Translations under genes and position numbers: made by a program
Virus record (IMG/VR): IMGVR_UViG_3300009428_000011
Span: 1 to 53,852 of that record
DNA: 53,852 nucleotides
Origin: a virus
Lineage: Duplodnaviria > Caudoviricetes
Reading direction: 5' to 3' (one strand)
Notes under the pieces: generated by a model
The model's database searches: none
The model's input: the letters and a program-made list of their open reading frames with translations, nothing else
What the model was told of the DNA's origin: nothing
Shown: positions 53,833 to 53,852 of the stretch, piece after piece
How the letters are laid out: each line of letters begins with the position of its first letter
How positions within the stretch are numbered: the first letter of the stretch is position 1

Positions 53833-53852
53833 GAGCACTGGATATTTAATTA

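Larger units (their letters stand above)
1..53852. mobile_element. Temperate lambdoid phage genome (near complete, non-integrated/attP configuration), 933W-like podovirus morphogenesis module
   Basis: Continuous phage genes across the window: cI/cro, O/P, int/xis, terminase, portal, capsid, tail and lysis. No host genes. int lies mid-window with phage genes on both sides. Confidence 0.95.

Overview
The window is most of a ~54+ kb temperate lambdoid phage genome with a podovirus-type (933W/Stx-phage-like) morphogenesis module. The host is probably a marine gammaproteobacterium such as Pseudoalteromonas; this is inferred from composition and protein style only. Left to right it carries: nin-region genes; replication genes P and O with an iteron origin; TraR, CII, Cro and CI with 18-bp operators; small lipoprotein morons; a recombination/methylation early operon (Rad52-like annealase, RdgC-FtsK-gamma fusion, HNH, SSB, frameshifted MT-A70, C5-MTase); xis and int; an intact attP; a P22-like immI region (ant, sar-like RNA, arc, mnt-like); a membrane/lipoprotein moron; a 3067-aa polyvalent ejection protein; tail, head, portal and terminase genes; the lysis cassette; and a late promoter. 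The most striking hidden feature is in attP. It encodes an unannotated 27-codon ORF matching the N-terminus of the Hsp90 chaperone HtpG, preceded by an RBS and a sigma32-like promoter. This implies integration into htpG with a phage-supplied replacement promoter and N-terminus, and puts int downstream of the host heat-shock promoter. Family assignments come from motifs recognised by eye, not from database searches.
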